Part shown: positions 1-11,342 of the stretch, piece after piece
How positions within the stretch are numbered: the first letter of the stretch is position 1
Layout: each line of letters begins with the position of its first letter
Assembly: GCA_965223845.1 (NCBI GenBank)
Contig: CBDCXR010000004.1
Coordinates: 2,976,001 to 3,040,000 of the forward strand
DNA: 64,000 nucleotides
Direction: 5' to 3'
Source of the DNA: Planctomycetota bacterium
GTDB lineage: Bacteria; Planctomycetota; UBA8108; SXIK01
Made by a program: the position numbers and the translations under genes
Notes under the pieces: model-generated
Told to the model about the DNA's origin: nothing
Database searches by the model: none
What the model saw: the letters and a program-made list of their open reading frames with translations, nothing else

Positions 1-1
1 T

Positions 2-679
2 TGCTGGAGCCGGGCGTGGCGCTGGTTGACCCGCCGACCCGAGCCGACGATCTACGTGCGAGCGGTGAACCGTGTCTATCTCACGCAAGGGATCGTCGTT
101 CAGGTCAATGCGTCCTCGAGCGGCGGCGCGGACATCGCGGGTGGAGCTCCGAAGGACGTTCAGATTCCCGGATTGGAGGACCAGAAGACCGCCGAGAACT
201 ACGCGAACGCCCTCGAGCAAGTGAGCAAGAAGATCGACAGCACTCTTCCCGGTGGGGAGTTGAAGCTCGCTTGGGCGACTTCCCGCTCCGTGTCGCTCTC
301 CGAGAACTTCGAACGACCGCTCGTGGTCGGGTACCTCGCGTTCGACTTCCCGGTGCTTCCCGACGGAAGTCTCGGCGTGCCGATCGCTACGCGCGATCAG
401 CTTCAGCGAGGCAGCTCGGACGTTCGGGTCGAGTCGGCCGTCGAGGAGTACGGCGACGTCCTCGAGGAGATTGAAAGCCTCCCCGAGGCACGCCGGAGCG
501 GAGTCTACGAGAAGGCAGCGACTGCGCTCGGGACCGAGTTCAAAGCGCTCTACGACAAGGAGCGCGCATCTCTTTCGCCGGGCGAGGCATTCACCACCGC
601 CCGCCGCCGTCATTCCTTCGGGAAGTCGGTCGACGCCGCGCACTACGAGAACGCGCTGCGGACGGCGTTGAGGGACTAA
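2..679 (+). CDS. Hypothetical protein, probably 5'-truncated by the window edge
   Basis: Frame is open from base 2 to TAA at 677-679, with GC-rich third positions and a protein-like sequence (IYVRAVNRVYLTQGIVVQV...SLSENFERPLVVGY). No family recognised. Confidence 0.7.
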   Translation, partial: CWSRAWRWLTRRPEPTIYVRAVNRVYLTQGIVVQVNASSSGGADIAGGAPKDVQIPGLEDQKTAENYANALEQVSKKIDSTLPGGELKLAWATSRSVSLSENFERPLVVGYLAFDFPVLPDGSLGVPIATRDQLQRGSSDVRVESAVEEYGDVLEEIESLPEARRSGVYEKAATALGTEFKALYDKERASLSPGEAFTTARRRHSFGKSVDAAHYENALRTALRD

Positions 680-769
680 CTCGTCGACCCTGCGACGCGG
701 AACTTCGGCGCGATGTCGCCCTCGCGTCGGCCGTTCTCTCAGCTCTCGGACACTCAGTAGGAGAATTCC

Positions 770-940
770 GTGCCCCCGACCAGACGACCCGAAGAGTACG
801 AGATCCCAGCCTCGTGGCCGCTCAAGGACATGTCCGAGTGGATCAAGATGACGCTCGAGGAGCCAGGCGTTCGCTCCGTCGAGGTGGTCAAGCGCGGGCA
901 GAAGTACTGGTTTCTCGTGAACTTCAAGCCGAGTTCGTAG
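770..940 (+). CDS. Small hypothetical protein (56 aa), absent from the ORF track
   Basis: AGGAG at 759-763, 6 nt before GTG at 770; TAG at 938-940. Translates to MPPTRRPEEYEIPASWPLKDMSEWIKMTLEEPGVRSVEVVKRGQKYWFLVNFKPSS. Codon usage is host-like. Confidence 0.6.
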   Translation: MPPTRRPEEYEIPASWPLKDMSEWIKMTLEEPGVRSVEVVKRGQKYWFLVNFKPSS

Positions 941-1361
941 GGCCGAATCCGCGCCCAGCACGGGCGTCCGATTCAGCGCGCCCGTCCGGGAATCCTGACG
1001 GATCCGGCCGCGCACTCACGGATGGAGAGATGTCAGCACAGAAGCTCACTCTCTTCACCGGAGCGACCATGAACCATTCCGAGCCGAGATCCGAAATCGC
1101 GACCGTCTGCATGGGCGGCTGCGTCGTCGGACTCGCGTGTGCCGGAGCCGAGCTGCTTCGGCGCGTGTTCGCAGCGACGATCGGGAGCTGGGAACCGGAT
1201 ACCGTTGTCGAGTGGATCTGCACGCTCTGCCGCGGGAGTGAGTGGGGAGCCGTGCTCTGACCCGGCGTTCGAACGGGTGAGGCGCCTCCCATTCCTCGCG
1301 ATTGACCTCCGAGGGCAGGTGGTCTGTGCCGGCAGCGGACGGATCACGTTCGAAGCGTGGA

Positions 1362-3371
1362 TCACTCGAACCGAGTTCTCACCGACTCGAGAATCCGTCC
1401 GATGCGATCCAGATCTTCCGGGAGCCAGTAGCGCTCGTCGACGAGCTTCTTCGCCGACTCGCGAAACTGCTCCCGGTAGTCTTTGAAACTCGCGTACCGT
1501 TCCCCGAGGGAAGGGCGCGGGTCGCCGCGAGATGTCCGCTCGGCGCGAGAGCGCGCGAAGGGGATGTACCCGCCGCTCAGGCTGAGCAGCTCCGTCTCCG
1601 CTCCGATCGAGCGATGCCGGAGATTCCAGCTCGTAAACGTACCGAGTGGAACGTCGACGCTCGGAAGGTTGAGAAATCCGAGCTCGTTCCCATCGGCGCG
1701 GTACGCGCCGACCTTCACGACGTAGTCGCCGAGCGATCGCGGCGGCTCGATGCTGGTTCGGCGACTCCGCAAAAACTCTGGCCCGCGATCGAGAAACTCG
1801 GGCTGCTGAATCACCTGCGGGTAACGTACGCCCGGAAGTGCCGGCCAGCCGCTCTCGCGCTCCCGCCAACCGACGAGCGTTCCGTCGGAGATTTTCGGAT
1901 ACGCACTCGGCGGCGGCGCGACCCCGTCGCGCACCCACGCGTCGAGTGCGAGGACCAGCGCTCTCATGAACGGCCGGTAGTCCGCGTGATTCGATGGGAG
2001 CTGACCTCGCGTGCTCGGACCTGACGGACGCCCCGAGCCTGGTCCGTGCTGCGTTCCCCCGAAAGAGTAGATTCGAACTTCCGGAGGGATCTGCGCATCG
2101 CGCTGCCCGAGGGGATCGGTGTGGACGAGCGAACCGCTTCGATGCCAGTACTCCGACGACGATTGAGTGTGGAACACCTTCGGCACCGTTCCCGTAGCAC
2201 GAGCGCGCCGGAGAATCCCGTCGACACGGCCGGTGAACGGATCGACGTCGTCGCCATACGTGAAGGGAAAGACATCCGCGGGGTAGAGGTGATTGTCGTG
2301 CTGCGCGTTGTGACGCGTCGGCGACGCGAAACGATGGTTGAAGAATCCGAGGCCTGCGCCGGCTACGTGCGGGATCACCCCGTCGAACACCATCCGCCCG
2401 GACTCGTCGCGATTGAATCCGTCGTAGAGAAGCATCCGGAGACAGCGACCGCTTTGTGACGTGCCGAACCCGTAGGCGAACTCCATCGCCGGCGCGCCGT
2501 CGCTCTTGAGAAGCGGATTGCGCTCGTCGGTGAAATACTTGAGCGACGAGATCCAATCGCGGATTCCGGCGAGCCCGAGTCCCTGAACGAGCGGATTCTT
2601 GGCTTCGTAGATGAGCTCGTAGATCTCGCCGGCGCGGAATCCGCCGGCGTAGACGAGATCGACGCGCGGGAGCGCGGCGCCATCGACCCACTCGATGTCG
2701 AAGTACCACTGCGATCGCGGTATCGGGACGCGTGGATCCTTCTCGCGGAGACGACGGGTGAGGGTCGCTTCTCGCTGGCCTCGCTCCGTCGGCGCGTAGC
2801 TTCCGTGACCGCCCCAGTGTGCGATGGAAAGGCGGTCCGTATCACGATCGGGCGCCATCTCCGCACGGACGACTCCCGTGATGGCCTCGCCGGAGTCGCG
2901 TGCGACGGGCGCGCGAAGAACGTAGCGACGGCCGTCGGGAATCAGCTCTGCGATCCAGCCGCTCCAGGCCACCACGAACCCGTGACGCGCGAAGAAATGA
3001 TCCGCACCGCCGCCGATGATCCCGAGGCAGGTGGGATTGCCCCGATTGTTCACGTCGTAAAACACCGCGCCGTTCGACCGCTCGACCTCGACCGGCTTCA
3101 AGAGACCGAAGTCCGCCGAGAAGCGCACGCGTCCGTCACCGTCGCGCGGGGCGAGATCGAGATCGACGACGTTCCGGCTGCTCTGGGCGAACGGATCGAC
3201 GGAGAAATGAACGACGCCGCGGACGAGCTCGTACGGACCTCGCTCGCCGAAGGATCGACCGCTTGCGTAGGGAGTCCGCGACGAGATCTCGACGCGGACG
3301 ACCTCGGCATCGATCGTCGCCGCGCCGAGGCACATGACGCAAACGACGAACATCCCGATGAGTTGGCGCAC
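1362..3371 (-). CDS. Secreted alpha/beta-hydrolase domain protein (Abhydrolase_10/tannase-like)
   Basis: Signal peptide followed by EVVRVEI; motifs YDVNNRG, GLGLAGIRD, nucleophile elbow GTSQSG, SSSEYW, GTQH. Likely start is GTG at 3371 behind GGAGG (ORF track starts at 3419). Confidence 0.8.
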   Translation of the reverse strand: MRQLIGMFVVCVMCLGAATIDAEVVRVEISSRTPYASGRSFGERGPYELVRGVVHFSVDPFAQSSRNVVDLDLAPRDGDGRVRFSADFGLLKPVEVERSNGAVFYDVNNRGNPTCLGIIGGGADHFFARHGFVVAWSGWIAELIPDGRRYVLRAPVARDSGEAITGVVRAEMAPDRDTDRLSIAHWGGHGSYAPTERGQREATLTRRLREKDPRVPIPRSQWYFDIEWVDGAALPRVDLVYAGGFRAGEIYELIYEAKNPLVQGLGLAGIRDWISSLKYFTDERNPLLKSDGAPAMEFAYGFGTSQSGRCLRMLLYDGFNRDESGRMVFDGVIPHVAGAGLGFFNHRFASPTRHNAQHDNHLYPADVFPFTYGDDVDPFTGRVDGILRRARATGTVPKVFHTQSSSEYWHRSGSLVHTDPLGQRDAQIPPEVRIYSFGGTQHGPGSGRPSGPSTRGQLPSNHADYRPFMRALVLALDAWVRDGVAPPPSAYPKISDGTLVGWRERESGWPALPGVRYPQVIQQPEFLDRGPEFLRSRRTSIEPPRSLGDYVVKVGAYRADGNELGFLNLPSVDVPLGTFTSWNLRHRSIGAETELLSLSGGYIPFARSRAERTSRGDPRPSLGERYASFKDYREQFRESAKKLVDERYWLPEDLDRIGRILESVRTRFE

Positions 3372-3390
3372 TCCGGTTCCCTCCGTCGTC

Positions 3391-4968
3391 CTACTGGGCG
3401 TTCTTGTGAATCGGCTCATCGACGACCAGCGGCGGCGGGAACGACGACGCGCTCCGTCCGCCTCGTCCGCGGATGCGCTTGTTTTGCGAACCGCCGCGCG
3501 GCTGGTTGAGAGGGATCTCCATGCCGCCGAGCTCGGCCATCATCTCGTAGAGTCGGTTCTCCATTTTCTTCGCGATCTCCTTGAACGCCGGGTCGTAGAG
3601 GAGATTCTTCGACTCGTTCGGGTCCTGATCGAGATCGTAGAGCTCGTCGGCGTCCCACAGTCCGTAGTATGTGATGTACTTGTAACGATCACCGCGAAGC
3701 GAGAACACCGTGGGCGACTGGGGAAAGTTTTTCTCCCAGTAGTAAACGTAGAGAAAATAGTCGCGCCAAGCGACGTCCTTCCCTTGCGCTAGCGGAAGGA
3801 AGCTCTGACCGTCCATATGTGCGGGCGTCTCGAGCCCCATCGCCTCGAGAATCGTCGGTGCGACGTCGATGTTGGCGACGACCTCTTCGACCACTCGGCC
3901 GCCGGAGAACATGGCCGGGCATTGCATGAGCATCGGAACGCGGATCGATGTCTCGTACGCGACGCGCTTGTCGATGAGCCCGTGCTCACCGAACATGAAG
4001 CCGTTGTCGCCCATGTAAATGACGAGTGTCTCGTCGTGGATGCCCATGTCCTTCAGTTTTCCGAGCACGCGCCCGAGGCTGTCGTCGACGGCGCAGAGCG
4101 TTTCGCAGTAGTTCTTGTAGTACTTTTCGATGTCGAGCTCGCTGTGGTACGGAAAATCGACGCCGTGCCAACTGTTCCTCTGGTCGCGAAGCCAGCGCGG
4201 CTTCAGGTGATAGTTCGCTTCTGTGTTCGCCTCGGAAGCTGGACGCTCGAACGGAAGATCCGCGAACTTCCCCCGGTGTCGATCCGCGGGAGTGAAGTTC
4301 GCGTGCACGGCCTTGTGAGAGAGGTAGAGGAAAAACGGCTTCTCGGCCGGTTTTTGCGCGTCGAGCCATCGCAGAGCGTAGTCGGTGAGCTCGTCCGTAA
4401 TGTATCCCTGCTGCTTTACCCGCGCTCCGTCGACGTTCAGCGTGTAGTCGGGTTTGGGGGGAAGATAGTGCCCCTGACCGCGGAAGCTCACCCAATGGTC
4501 GAATCCCGGACGGGGCTCGTCGCTCGCGCCTCCCATATGCCACTTGCCGACGAACGCGGTCGCGTACCCCGCTTTCTGAAGATACTGAGGAAAGAAAATC
4601 GTGCCCTTGGGAACGAGTCGGTTGTTGTCGATCACGCGGTGCCGGAACGTGTAGAGTCCAGTCAGGATGGACGCGCGGCTCGGTGAACAGAGCGACGTCG
4701 TGACGAGGGCGTTCTTGAGGTGGACGCCGTTCTTCGCCATCGAGTCCATGTAAGGTGTCTTCGCAAACTGGTGCCCCATGAAGCTCATCGCGTCATAGCG
4801 ATGATCGTCCGAGAGCACGAAGACGACGTTTCGCGGCTTCGCGCCTTCGATTCGTTCGGGGAGGCTGATGTTCGCGGGGGCGGCCTCCTCGGCACGGATG
4901 GACCCCGCGAAGCTGCCAAGTGGGACCGAAAACAAGGCAAGTGAAACGAACAGTGCGCGTCGAACCAT
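3391..4968 (-). CDS. Formylglycine-dependent sulfatase (S1; GlcNAc-6-sulfatase/mucin-desulfating-like)
   Basis: Signal peptide; SDDH, LCSPSRASILTG (CxPxR), GKWH, HKAVH, GDNG and DKR motifs. Confidence 0.92.
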   Translation of the reverse strand: MVRRALFVSLALFSVPLGSFAGSIRAEEAAPANISLPERIEGAKPRNVVFVLSDDHRYDAMSFMGHQFAKTPYMDSMAKNGVHLKNALVTTSLCSPSRASILTGLYTFRHRVIDNNRLVPKGTIFFPQYLQKAGYATAFVGKWHMGGASDEPRPGFDHWVSFRGQGHYLPPKPDYTLNVDGARVKQQGYITDELTDYALRWLDAQKPAEKPFFLYLSHKAVHANFTPADRHRGKFADLPFERPASEANTEANYHLKPRWLRDQRNSWHGVDFPYHSELDIEKYYKNYCETLCAVDDSLGRVLGKLKDMGIHDETLVIYMGDNGFMFGEHGLIDKRVAYETSIRVPMLMQCPAMFSGGRVVEEVVANIDVAPTILEAMGLETPAHMDGQSFLPLAQGKDVAWRDYFLYVYYWEKNFPQSPTVFSLRGDRYKYITYYGLWDADELYDLDQDPNESKNLLYDPAFKEIAKKMENRLYEMMAELGGMEIPLNQPRGGSQNKRIRGRGGRSASSFPPPLVVDEPIHKNAQ

Positions 4969-5198
4969 GAATCGAGCTCTCCGGTCGCAGGGATTTGTTT
5001 ATCGAGCGGGGGGGTTACTCCGGCGATCAGATTCCTCGATCGAGGCTTCCTCCGCAAGCTCGGATCCGTCGCTCTGCGCCGACGCGACAAGATCGCACCG
5101 TTGACGGCACGAGGTCGAATGCGGACGCTAATCCTGCCGTCCGTCGCGCCGCTACGACGATCGCAACTCCCACCCCACCGCGCTCCGAGGTCTCCGTG

Positions 5199-6236
5199 AT
5201 GCTTTCTCTCCGCCGGCTGCTGCTCCATTCTTCCGCGGCTCTCGTCGCGGTCGGATTCATTTCACCACCAGTCGAAGCGATGCCCGAGGATCCGCCCGGA
5301 GCGGCGAGCCCCGACGCGGCGGCGGATCTCTTCGACCGAGTCGATCATCACTACGCGAAAAACGGCGATGTGAAGCTCCATTACGTGTCGATCGGATCGG
5401 GCCCCGTCGTCATCCTCCTCCACGGGTTTCCCGACTTCTGGTACACCTGGCGGCATCAGATGGATGCACTCGCCGCCGACCATCGCGTCGTGGCCATGGA
5501 CCTTCGCGGCTACAACAAGAGCGACAAACCGAAGGGCGTCGAACAGTACGACATGAAGCTCCTCATCGCCGACGTCGAAGCCGTGCTCGTTCACGCCGGA
5601 GCCGAACGCGCCACGATCGTCGGCCACGACTGGGGCGGTGCGATCGCTTGGGGATTCGCGATGGCGCGACCGAAGCGGACCGAGCGGCTCATCATCCTCA
5701 ATCTCCCCCACCCGCGCGGGCTCCTCCGCGAGCTCGCCACCAACCCGCAGCAGCAGAAGAACAGTGCGTACGCCCGCGAGTTTCAGAAGGAGGGGGCGCA
5801 CGAAAAGCTGAGTGCCGAAGGCCTAGCCCTCTGGGTGAAAGAGGCGTCCGCTCGTCCCCGGTACGTCGAAGCGTTCAAGCGTTCCGACTTCGCGGCGATG
5901 CTGAGCTACTACAAGCAGAACTATCCCCGCGAACCCTACGAGTCGAATCCGCTCGCGGCTCCAGGTGTCAAGGTGAAGTGTCCAGTGCTCATGTTTCACG
6001 GACTCGACGACTGGGCGCTGCTCCCGGGCGCGCTCAGCGGTACGTGGGACTGGATCGAAAGCGACTTGACCCTCGTCACCGTGCCCGGCGCGGGCCACTG
6101 GGTGCAGTACGACGCGAAAGAGCTCGTCACCCGGCGCATGCGGACCTGGCTTCGCGACACGAAGCAGCAGAGCGCGAAAACGCCGAGTGGTCGACCGCGC
6201 ACGAATGACGACCGGAACGAATCTCGCGATCAGTGA
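5199..6236 (+). CDS. Alpha/beta-fold hydrolase, epoxide hydrolase-like, with signal peptide
   Basis: [19 protein letters not shown] (Asp nucleophile) and GAGHW motifs. Start ATG 5199 precedes a hydrophobic leader. Confidence 0.88.
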   Translation: MLSLRRLLLHSSAALVAVGFISPPVEAMPEDPPGAASPDAAADLFDRVDHHYAKNGDVKLHYVSIGSGPVVILLHGFPDFWYTWRHQMDALAADHRVVAMDLRGYNKSDKPKGVEQYDMKLLIADVEAVLVHAGAERATIVGHDWGGAIAWGFAMARPKRTERLIILNLPHPRGLLRELATNPQQQKNSAYAREFQKEGAHEKLSAEGLALWVKEASARPRYVEAFKRSDFAAMLSYYKQNYPREPYESNPLAAPGVKVKCPVLMFHGLDDWALLPGALSGTWDWIESDLTLVTVPGAGHWVQYDAKELVTRRMRTWLRDTKQQSAKTPSGRPRTNDDRNESRDQ

Positions 6237-9200
6237 TCGTGCTTCTCGAAGATCTTGTGCTTCGCGTCCCCGCGGGCGTGAACGTAGGCGATGAGATCGA
6301 GAATCTCTTCTCGCGTGAGCTTGCTGAGCAAGCCTTTCGGCATGATCGAAGTGTCCGCTTTCTCTCGGCTCGCGATCGCGTCGGGAGCGAGGACGGTCGG
6401 CGGCGCCTTGCCCAGAGGATCCGTCGCTAGCTTGACCGCATCCGCCGTCTCCTCGATCACCATCCCCGTCACTACGTCGCCGGACTCGAGGACGAAGGTG
6501 TAGGAGAAATACCGCTCTTCGATCTCGGCCGACGGCTCGATGAGCGACTTCAGGATGTGTTCCGTCGTTCGCTTCTGCTCGTCGAGTTGAGCGAGGTCCG
6601 GCCCGACGTTCTGCCCCTCGTCGCCGAGGCGGTGACACGCCGAACAGCTCGCCGCGCGGAAGAGACTGCGACCGACCTCGTACGAACGACCGCCGTGAAG
6701 AGCGGCCACCTCAGGCGTGAGATCCGCGATCGTCCACTCCGTGTTGCGCGCGGTGTACTTGAGGAGCTCGTCCTTGAGGGGAAGCGGATTCGCCGCGAGG
6801 TACGCCTCGGGATCGGCGAGGTACGCCTTCAAGTCGCGGACGACGTACAGCGCGCCGTACATGCGCCGCCAGTGCCCGGGGTACGTACAGACGTACGGGT
6901 AGATTCCGGGATCATTCGGCACGTCGAACCCGAGCGCCTGCGTCTCTCCGGGCTGAAGCAGTCGACTCGCGAGGATGATCTTCTCCGACTTCGGAATGTA
7001 CTGCCGGGCTTCGGCGTCTTCGTCCTGAGCGGTCTCTTCGGCGAGGAGTCCGACTTCCTCGAGTGCGCCGGGAATCGTGACCGCGAAGTTGTGCGGCATA
7101 TTGTCCGTGTTCGAGATGATGAACTCCACGCGACGGCCTGCCGCGACGGCGAGGCGCTCCTTGTCGTAGATCATCCGTTCGGGAACGGTACCGATTCGGA
7201 TCATCTGTACCTTGAGGTCGGCGAGGCGCGCCTGCACTTCGCGCGCGCGTTCGGGCGAAAGCTTGGCGGCGAGCGTGTCGCCGAGGCGCATCACGTCGAG
7301 CGCACTCCTCGACGTTCGGTAACGCTCCGGGATCTCGCTCACGTAGGAGGCGAGATTCACTGCGAGCGCGCCGATTTCGCTCTCAACCCAGGAGTCTTCG
7401 GGAAGCTCGCTCAGAGCTCGCACCGAGCTCACCACCTGTTTCCCGTCGGCCACGAGCCGCGCGAGGTCGCGGAACTTCTCCGCTTCTCGCCCCGGAATGG
7501 ACGAGAGGGAGCGGACGGCGACATCGTGGATCGTGTCCCGCCTCGGAGAGGATAGGCGTTCGCTCGGGATGCGCTGCTTTCGAAAACCGGGTCCGGCCCA
7601 CGACACGATGAGGCCATCGTTTCCGCCGTTGTCGTAGTACGTGACGACGATCGGATGCTCTCCCGGCTGGAGGCGGATTTGACCTCGCCGCTCGACCATA
7701 CCGTGATTTCCGTCGTTGTTGACGACGAGCTCGTTGGCGACGTAGAGGCGTGAGCCGTCGTCCGAGTTCGTGAAGAAGCGATAGCGTCCCGCTCGTTCGA
7801 CGCGGAGCATCCCGGTGAAACGAAGCCCGAAACCGTCGCGCTGCTGGATCTGCGGTACGTCGAACTTGATCTCGGGAACGATCCCCGCTGCCTTCGGCTC
7901 GTGTTTCGCAAACGACTCGATCGTGGCGTCGCGCGGCCGTGGAAAGAAGTACTCGACCAAGACTCCGTTCTCGTCGAGCTCGGCGCCCTCACCCGTCTCA
8001 CGAAGATGCTCCGGTAGATCGAACAGGAGCGGCCGAACTTCGTCGTAGAGTCCCTCCGGAACCTGCTTCGCATCGATGAGTGCGATCGCTTCGAGGAGCT
8101 CGCGAAGGCGGACCTTGTCCTTCGATGCGAGCTGGAGAGCCGACTCGGCCGAGCCGTCGGCGGCGATCCACGCGGCGTATCCCATCCGGCGCGTCTCGGC
8201 GCGCTTGCCATCCGTCGCCAGACGCCGGACCTGTGCGCGGGCGGATTGGACATCGCCCGCCATCGACTCGCCGAGTATCTGAGCGAGACCGGCGAAGCTC
8301 GCGTCGCGCTCGCGCGCATCGAGATCCTCGACGACATTGAGGAGAACCTGCAGCTCGGCGGCATTCTCGATTCGCGCGAGCCCCTGGATCGCTTCGCGGA
8401 GATGCGTGACCTCGACATCCGAACGCGAGAGAATCGCGCGGAAGACCGATTCGGTCCGCTCGAGCTTGAGAAGATCCGCCACGCTCGCGTTCCGCAGAAC
8501 GTAGGCGTACGCAGCTTCGGAAAGCTTCTTTCCCGAATCGAGCACGTGCTTTACGTACGCGTCGACGTCGATCGATCGACGCGCCTCGCGGAGTACAAAA
8601 TCGAGCTGGACGTCCGTCGGCAAGCGCTCCGCCTCGAAGACGATCTCCGCGGCATCCGGACCGCGATAGAAGACCGACGCCACGACGGCTTCCGCGCGAA
8701 CGCGGGGATGTCGGTCTGCGGCGAGCTCGAGAAGAAGAGCGCCGGTGTCCGGGACTTCGTCTGCCCAGTCGCGGAGAACGCGCACTGCCGCTGCGCGCGC
8801 GTGAGGCTCGGGCGAGCGCAAGACGCGTCGAAGGAGCTCGACATTCACGATCCGGTGCTGCTGGTGGACCCAAAGCGATTCGACGAGCGCGCGCGCATGG
8901 TTCGCGTTTTTCTCGTCGAACTTCGCCGACCACGCCTTCACGGCCGCGGCGACTTCTTCGCTGTTTCGTCCGCTGAGCTCGAGCCGTGCGCGGTAGCGAC
9001 GGCTGAGCATCGGCGCATCGAGATGCTTCACGACATCCGCCGTCGGTCCCGTCAAATCGGCCGGCTCGACGAGCGGACGCCCGTCCGCGGTAACACGGTA
9101 CACGCGACCGTGATCGTGATCTCGACTCGGGTCGCGGAGGTTGTGCTGCATGTGGCCGATGAGCGGGTTGTGCCAGTCGAGAATGTACAGCGCGCCGTCG

Positions 9201-11146
9201 CTTCCGACTTCGACGTCGCTCGGGCGGAAATTCGGATCGGAAGAAACGACGATCGTTTCGACCTCCTCTGCTCGGATCCCGGCGCCGTCGTCCACGAACT
9301 TGTACTGCGCGACGCCCTGAAATCCGATCGTGTTACAGATGAGAAGATTGCCCTGGTTCTTCTCCGGGAAGTGCGGCGACGCGAGAAGACCGATCGCCGG
9401 CACCGGACGGACCCGCTTTTGAAAGAGATGGCGCGGGGCCCCGCGTCCCGGGAATCCGACATAGAATCCGTTGCCACTCGTGCCGTCGGTCGCGAATTGG
9501 TAGCCCCACTCGTCGAATACGTCGCCGTGCGGATTCGGTCCGATCGGGAAGTGGAACTGAAACTCGTACGTCCGCGGGTTGAACCGGTACATCGCGGTTT
9601 GCGAGCTCCGATAGGGTGCACCCCACGGTGTCTCGATCCCCATGACGTGGAACACGCCGCGTTGAAAGTAGAGCCAGCCTCCAGGGCCGATCACGAAGGA
9701 GTTCGCCGTGTGGTGCGTGTCGGCCGAATCGATCCCGTGGAGCAAGCGGATTCTCTCGTCGGCCTTGTCGTCGCCGTCCGTGTCCCTGAGGAACACGAGA
9801 TCCGGGGCCTGGGCGACGATGACCCCCCCGCCCCAAAATTCGAAACCGGTCGGGTTGTGAAGCCCATCGGCGAACACGATGCACCGGTCGGCTCGCCCGT
9901 CGCGGTCCTCGTCGGGCAGAATGACGAGTTTGTCGTTCAGGGGCTTTCGCGGATTCCAGTGCGGGTAGGTCGGCCACGCGGCGACCCAGAGACGTCCCTT
10001 CGGATCGACGGAGCACTGGACCGGATTCACGAGCTCGGGGAACTGCTCCTCCGACGCGAAGAGGCCGACGCTCATCCCCTTCGCGATCGTCATCTTTGCG
10101 ATGGCCCCCGTTCCCGTGAGGAAATCGTGCTCGCCGCCGCGAGTCTTCCCCGGCCGGTTGGTCTTCACCTCGAGCGGCGGCGGGGCGTTCGAATCATCGA
10201 CCTTGAATTTCCCCCCGCGGGCGACCGCCCACACGCGTCGATCGCGGTTCGCGGTCATGACGTCGAGCATTTCGAGCTCGCGCTGCATCACGACGAAGTT
10301 CGTCTGGCCGTCGACGAACTTGAGCGAAGAGCGTCCCCCGAACACGCTGTATCCGTCCGTCGCGCGGTAGCGGTTGTGCCAGTAGAGATTCTTCTCGAGC
10401 ACGGCCTCGCGAACGCGCGCGAGGCTTGCTTCGTCGCGCGCGGGGGCTTCTCCGAAGAGCTCTCCGTCGATGATCTCCGCGAGGCGTCGATTTCCTTCCT
10501 CGGTGAGGTGAATGCCGTTGATCGTGAGCGGTTTCGGCGCTCGCGCGTAGAGATTCGCCGTCGCCGAGAAGAGATCGACGAACCGAACGTCGTGCTCCTT
10601 CGCCACCGCCGCCATGGCGCTCGTGTAGAGAGCGAGTCGCCGGTTGTTCTCGCTTCCGTCGGGAAGGTGCGGACTGTGGAGGTCCTCGTGCGCGATCGGC
10701 GAGAAGAGAACGACCCTCGGGGCGGACTCGCCGTTGTACTTCTGCTCCGCGATCTTCGTGAGAAATTCGGCGAGACGGGTTCGAAACCCGCTCAGCCCCT
10801 CCTCCCCAGCAAACGACTCGTTGTAGCCGAAGAACGCGAATATGAGGTCGGCTTCGGAATGAGAGAGATGCTGATCGGGAGAGCCGAAATTCGCCGAACG
10901 CGGTCGCACGTCGAGCTCGTCAGCGGAGAACCCCAAATTGCGAACGACGATCTCACGCTCGGGGAAGCGTGTCTGCACAAGCGTCTCGAGCCAGCCGTGA
11001 TGCTGCATCCGGTCGGCGAGCGTGTTTCCGATGTAACAGATGCGATCGCCCTTCCGGAGCTCGAGCTCCGGTGCCGCGTCGATCGGAGCAAGAGTCGTCC
11101 AACCGGCGAACGCGGCGACGAAAAGCGTTGGGAGCGAAGTCCTCAT
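6230..11146 (-). CDS. PVC-type heme-binding CxxCH multidomain protein: SGNH-like, beta-propeller dehydrogenase-like, HEAT, PA14, azurin-like cupredoxin and cytochrome c domains
   Basis: [23 protein letters not shown] (SGNH-like); [13 protein letters not shown]...DHDHGRVYR (propeller); [10 protein letters not shown] (PA14); HNF...[10 protein letters not shown] (type-1 Cu); CSACH...GPDL...SIMPKGL (heme c). Start ATG 11146. Confidence 0.88.
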   Translation of the reverse strand: MRTSLPTLFVAAFAGWTTLAPIDAAPELELRKGDRICYIGNTLADRMQHHGWLETLVQTRFPEREIVVRNLGFSADELDVRPRSANFGSPDQHLSHSEADLIFAFFGYNESFAGEEGLSGFRTRLAEFLTKIAEQKYNGESAPRVVLFSPIAHEDLHSPHLPDGSENNRRLALYTSAMAAVAKEHDVRFVDLFSATANLYARAPKPLTINGIHLTEEGNRRLAEIIDGELFGEAPARDEASLARVREAVLEKNLYWHNRYRATDGYSVFGGRSSLKFVDGQTNFVVMQRELEMLDVMTANRDRRVWAVARGGKFKVDDSNAPPPLEVKTNRPGKTRGGEHDFLTGTGAIAKMTIAKGMSVGLFASEEQFPELVNPVQCSVDPKGRLWVAAWPTYPHWNPRKPLNDKLVILPDEDRDGRADRCIVFADGLHNPTGFEFWGGGVIVAQAPDLVFLRDTDGDDKADERIRLLHGIDSADTHHTANSFVIGPGGWLYFQRGVFHVMGIETPWGAPYRSSQTAMYRFNPRTYEFQFHFPIGPNPHGDVFDEWGYQFATDGTSGNGFYVGFPGRGAPRHLFQKRVRPVPAIGLLASPHFPEKNQGNLLICNTIGFQGVAQYKFVDDGAGIRAEEVETIVVSSDPNFRPSDVEVGSDGALYILDWHNPLIGHMQHNLRDPSRDHDHGRVYRVTADGRPLVEPADLTGPTADVVKHLDAPMLSRRYRARLELSGRNSEEVAAAVKAWSAKFDEKNANHARALVESLWVHQQHRIVNVELLRRVLRSPEPHARAAAVRVLRDWADEVPDTGALLLELAADRHPRVRAEAVVASVFYRGPDAAEIVFEAERLPTDVQLDFVLREARRSIDVDAYVKHVLDSGKKLSEAAYAYVLRNASVADLLKLERTESVFRAILSRSDVEVTHLREAIQGLARIENAAELQVLLNVVEDLDARERDASFAGLAQILGESMAGDVQSARAQVRRLATDGKRAETRRMGYAAWIAADGSAESALQLASKDKVRLRELLEAIALIDAKQVPEGLYDEVRPLLFDLPEHLRETGEGAELDENGVLVEYFFPRPRDATIESFAKHEPKAAGIVPEIKFDVPQIQQRDGFGLRFTGMLRVERAGRYRFFTNSDDGSRLYVANELVVNNDGNHGMVERRGQIRLQPGEHPIVVTYYDNGGNDGLIVSWAGPGFRKQRIPSERLSSPRRDTIHDVAVRSLSSIPGREAEKFRDLARLVADGKQVVSSVRALSELPEDSWVESEIGALAVNLASYVSEIPERYRTSRSALDVMRLGDTLAAKLSPERAREVQARLADLKVQMIRIGTVPERMIYDKERLAVAAGRRVEFIISNTDNMPHNFAVTIPGALEEVGLLAEETAQDEDAEARQYIPKSEKIILASRLLQPGETQALGFDVPNDPGIYPYVCTYPGHWRRMYGALYVVRDLKAYLADPEAYLAANPLPLKDELLKYTARNTEWTIADLTPEVAALHGGRSYEVGRSLFRAASCSACHRLGDEGQNVGPDLAQLDEQKRTTEHILKSLIEPSAEIEERYFSYTFVLESGDVVTGMVIEETADAVKLATDPLGKAPPTVLAPDAIASREKADTSIMPKGLLSKLTREEILDLIAYVHARGDAKHKIFEKHDH

Positions 11147-11342
11147 GCGCGCTGGGTCTCCTCGGCGAGTGAGTCGTATCGTGAATCGAGCGCTGACGCG
11201 GGGTCGCGAGACGTAGGGCGTCAAGCGCGGGGGGCTGCGATTATCGCAAAACGGTGAGGAGTCTGTCCAAGAGCTGGTGACGAGCTTTCTCGAGGACACG
11301 AACCCGGACACCCACCAACCGCGGCGCCGAGGCCCCGGTCGA

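Noticed and set aside
814-1029. 5' part of the 148-aa ORF 814-1260
   Set aside because: It overlaps the better-supported small ORF 770-940 in another frame and has low-complexity Arg/Pro composition.
8246-11257. 1003-aa ORF on the + strand
   Set aside because: Antisense shadow of the CxxCH gene. It has no motifs, and long stop-free antisense frames are expected at this GC content.
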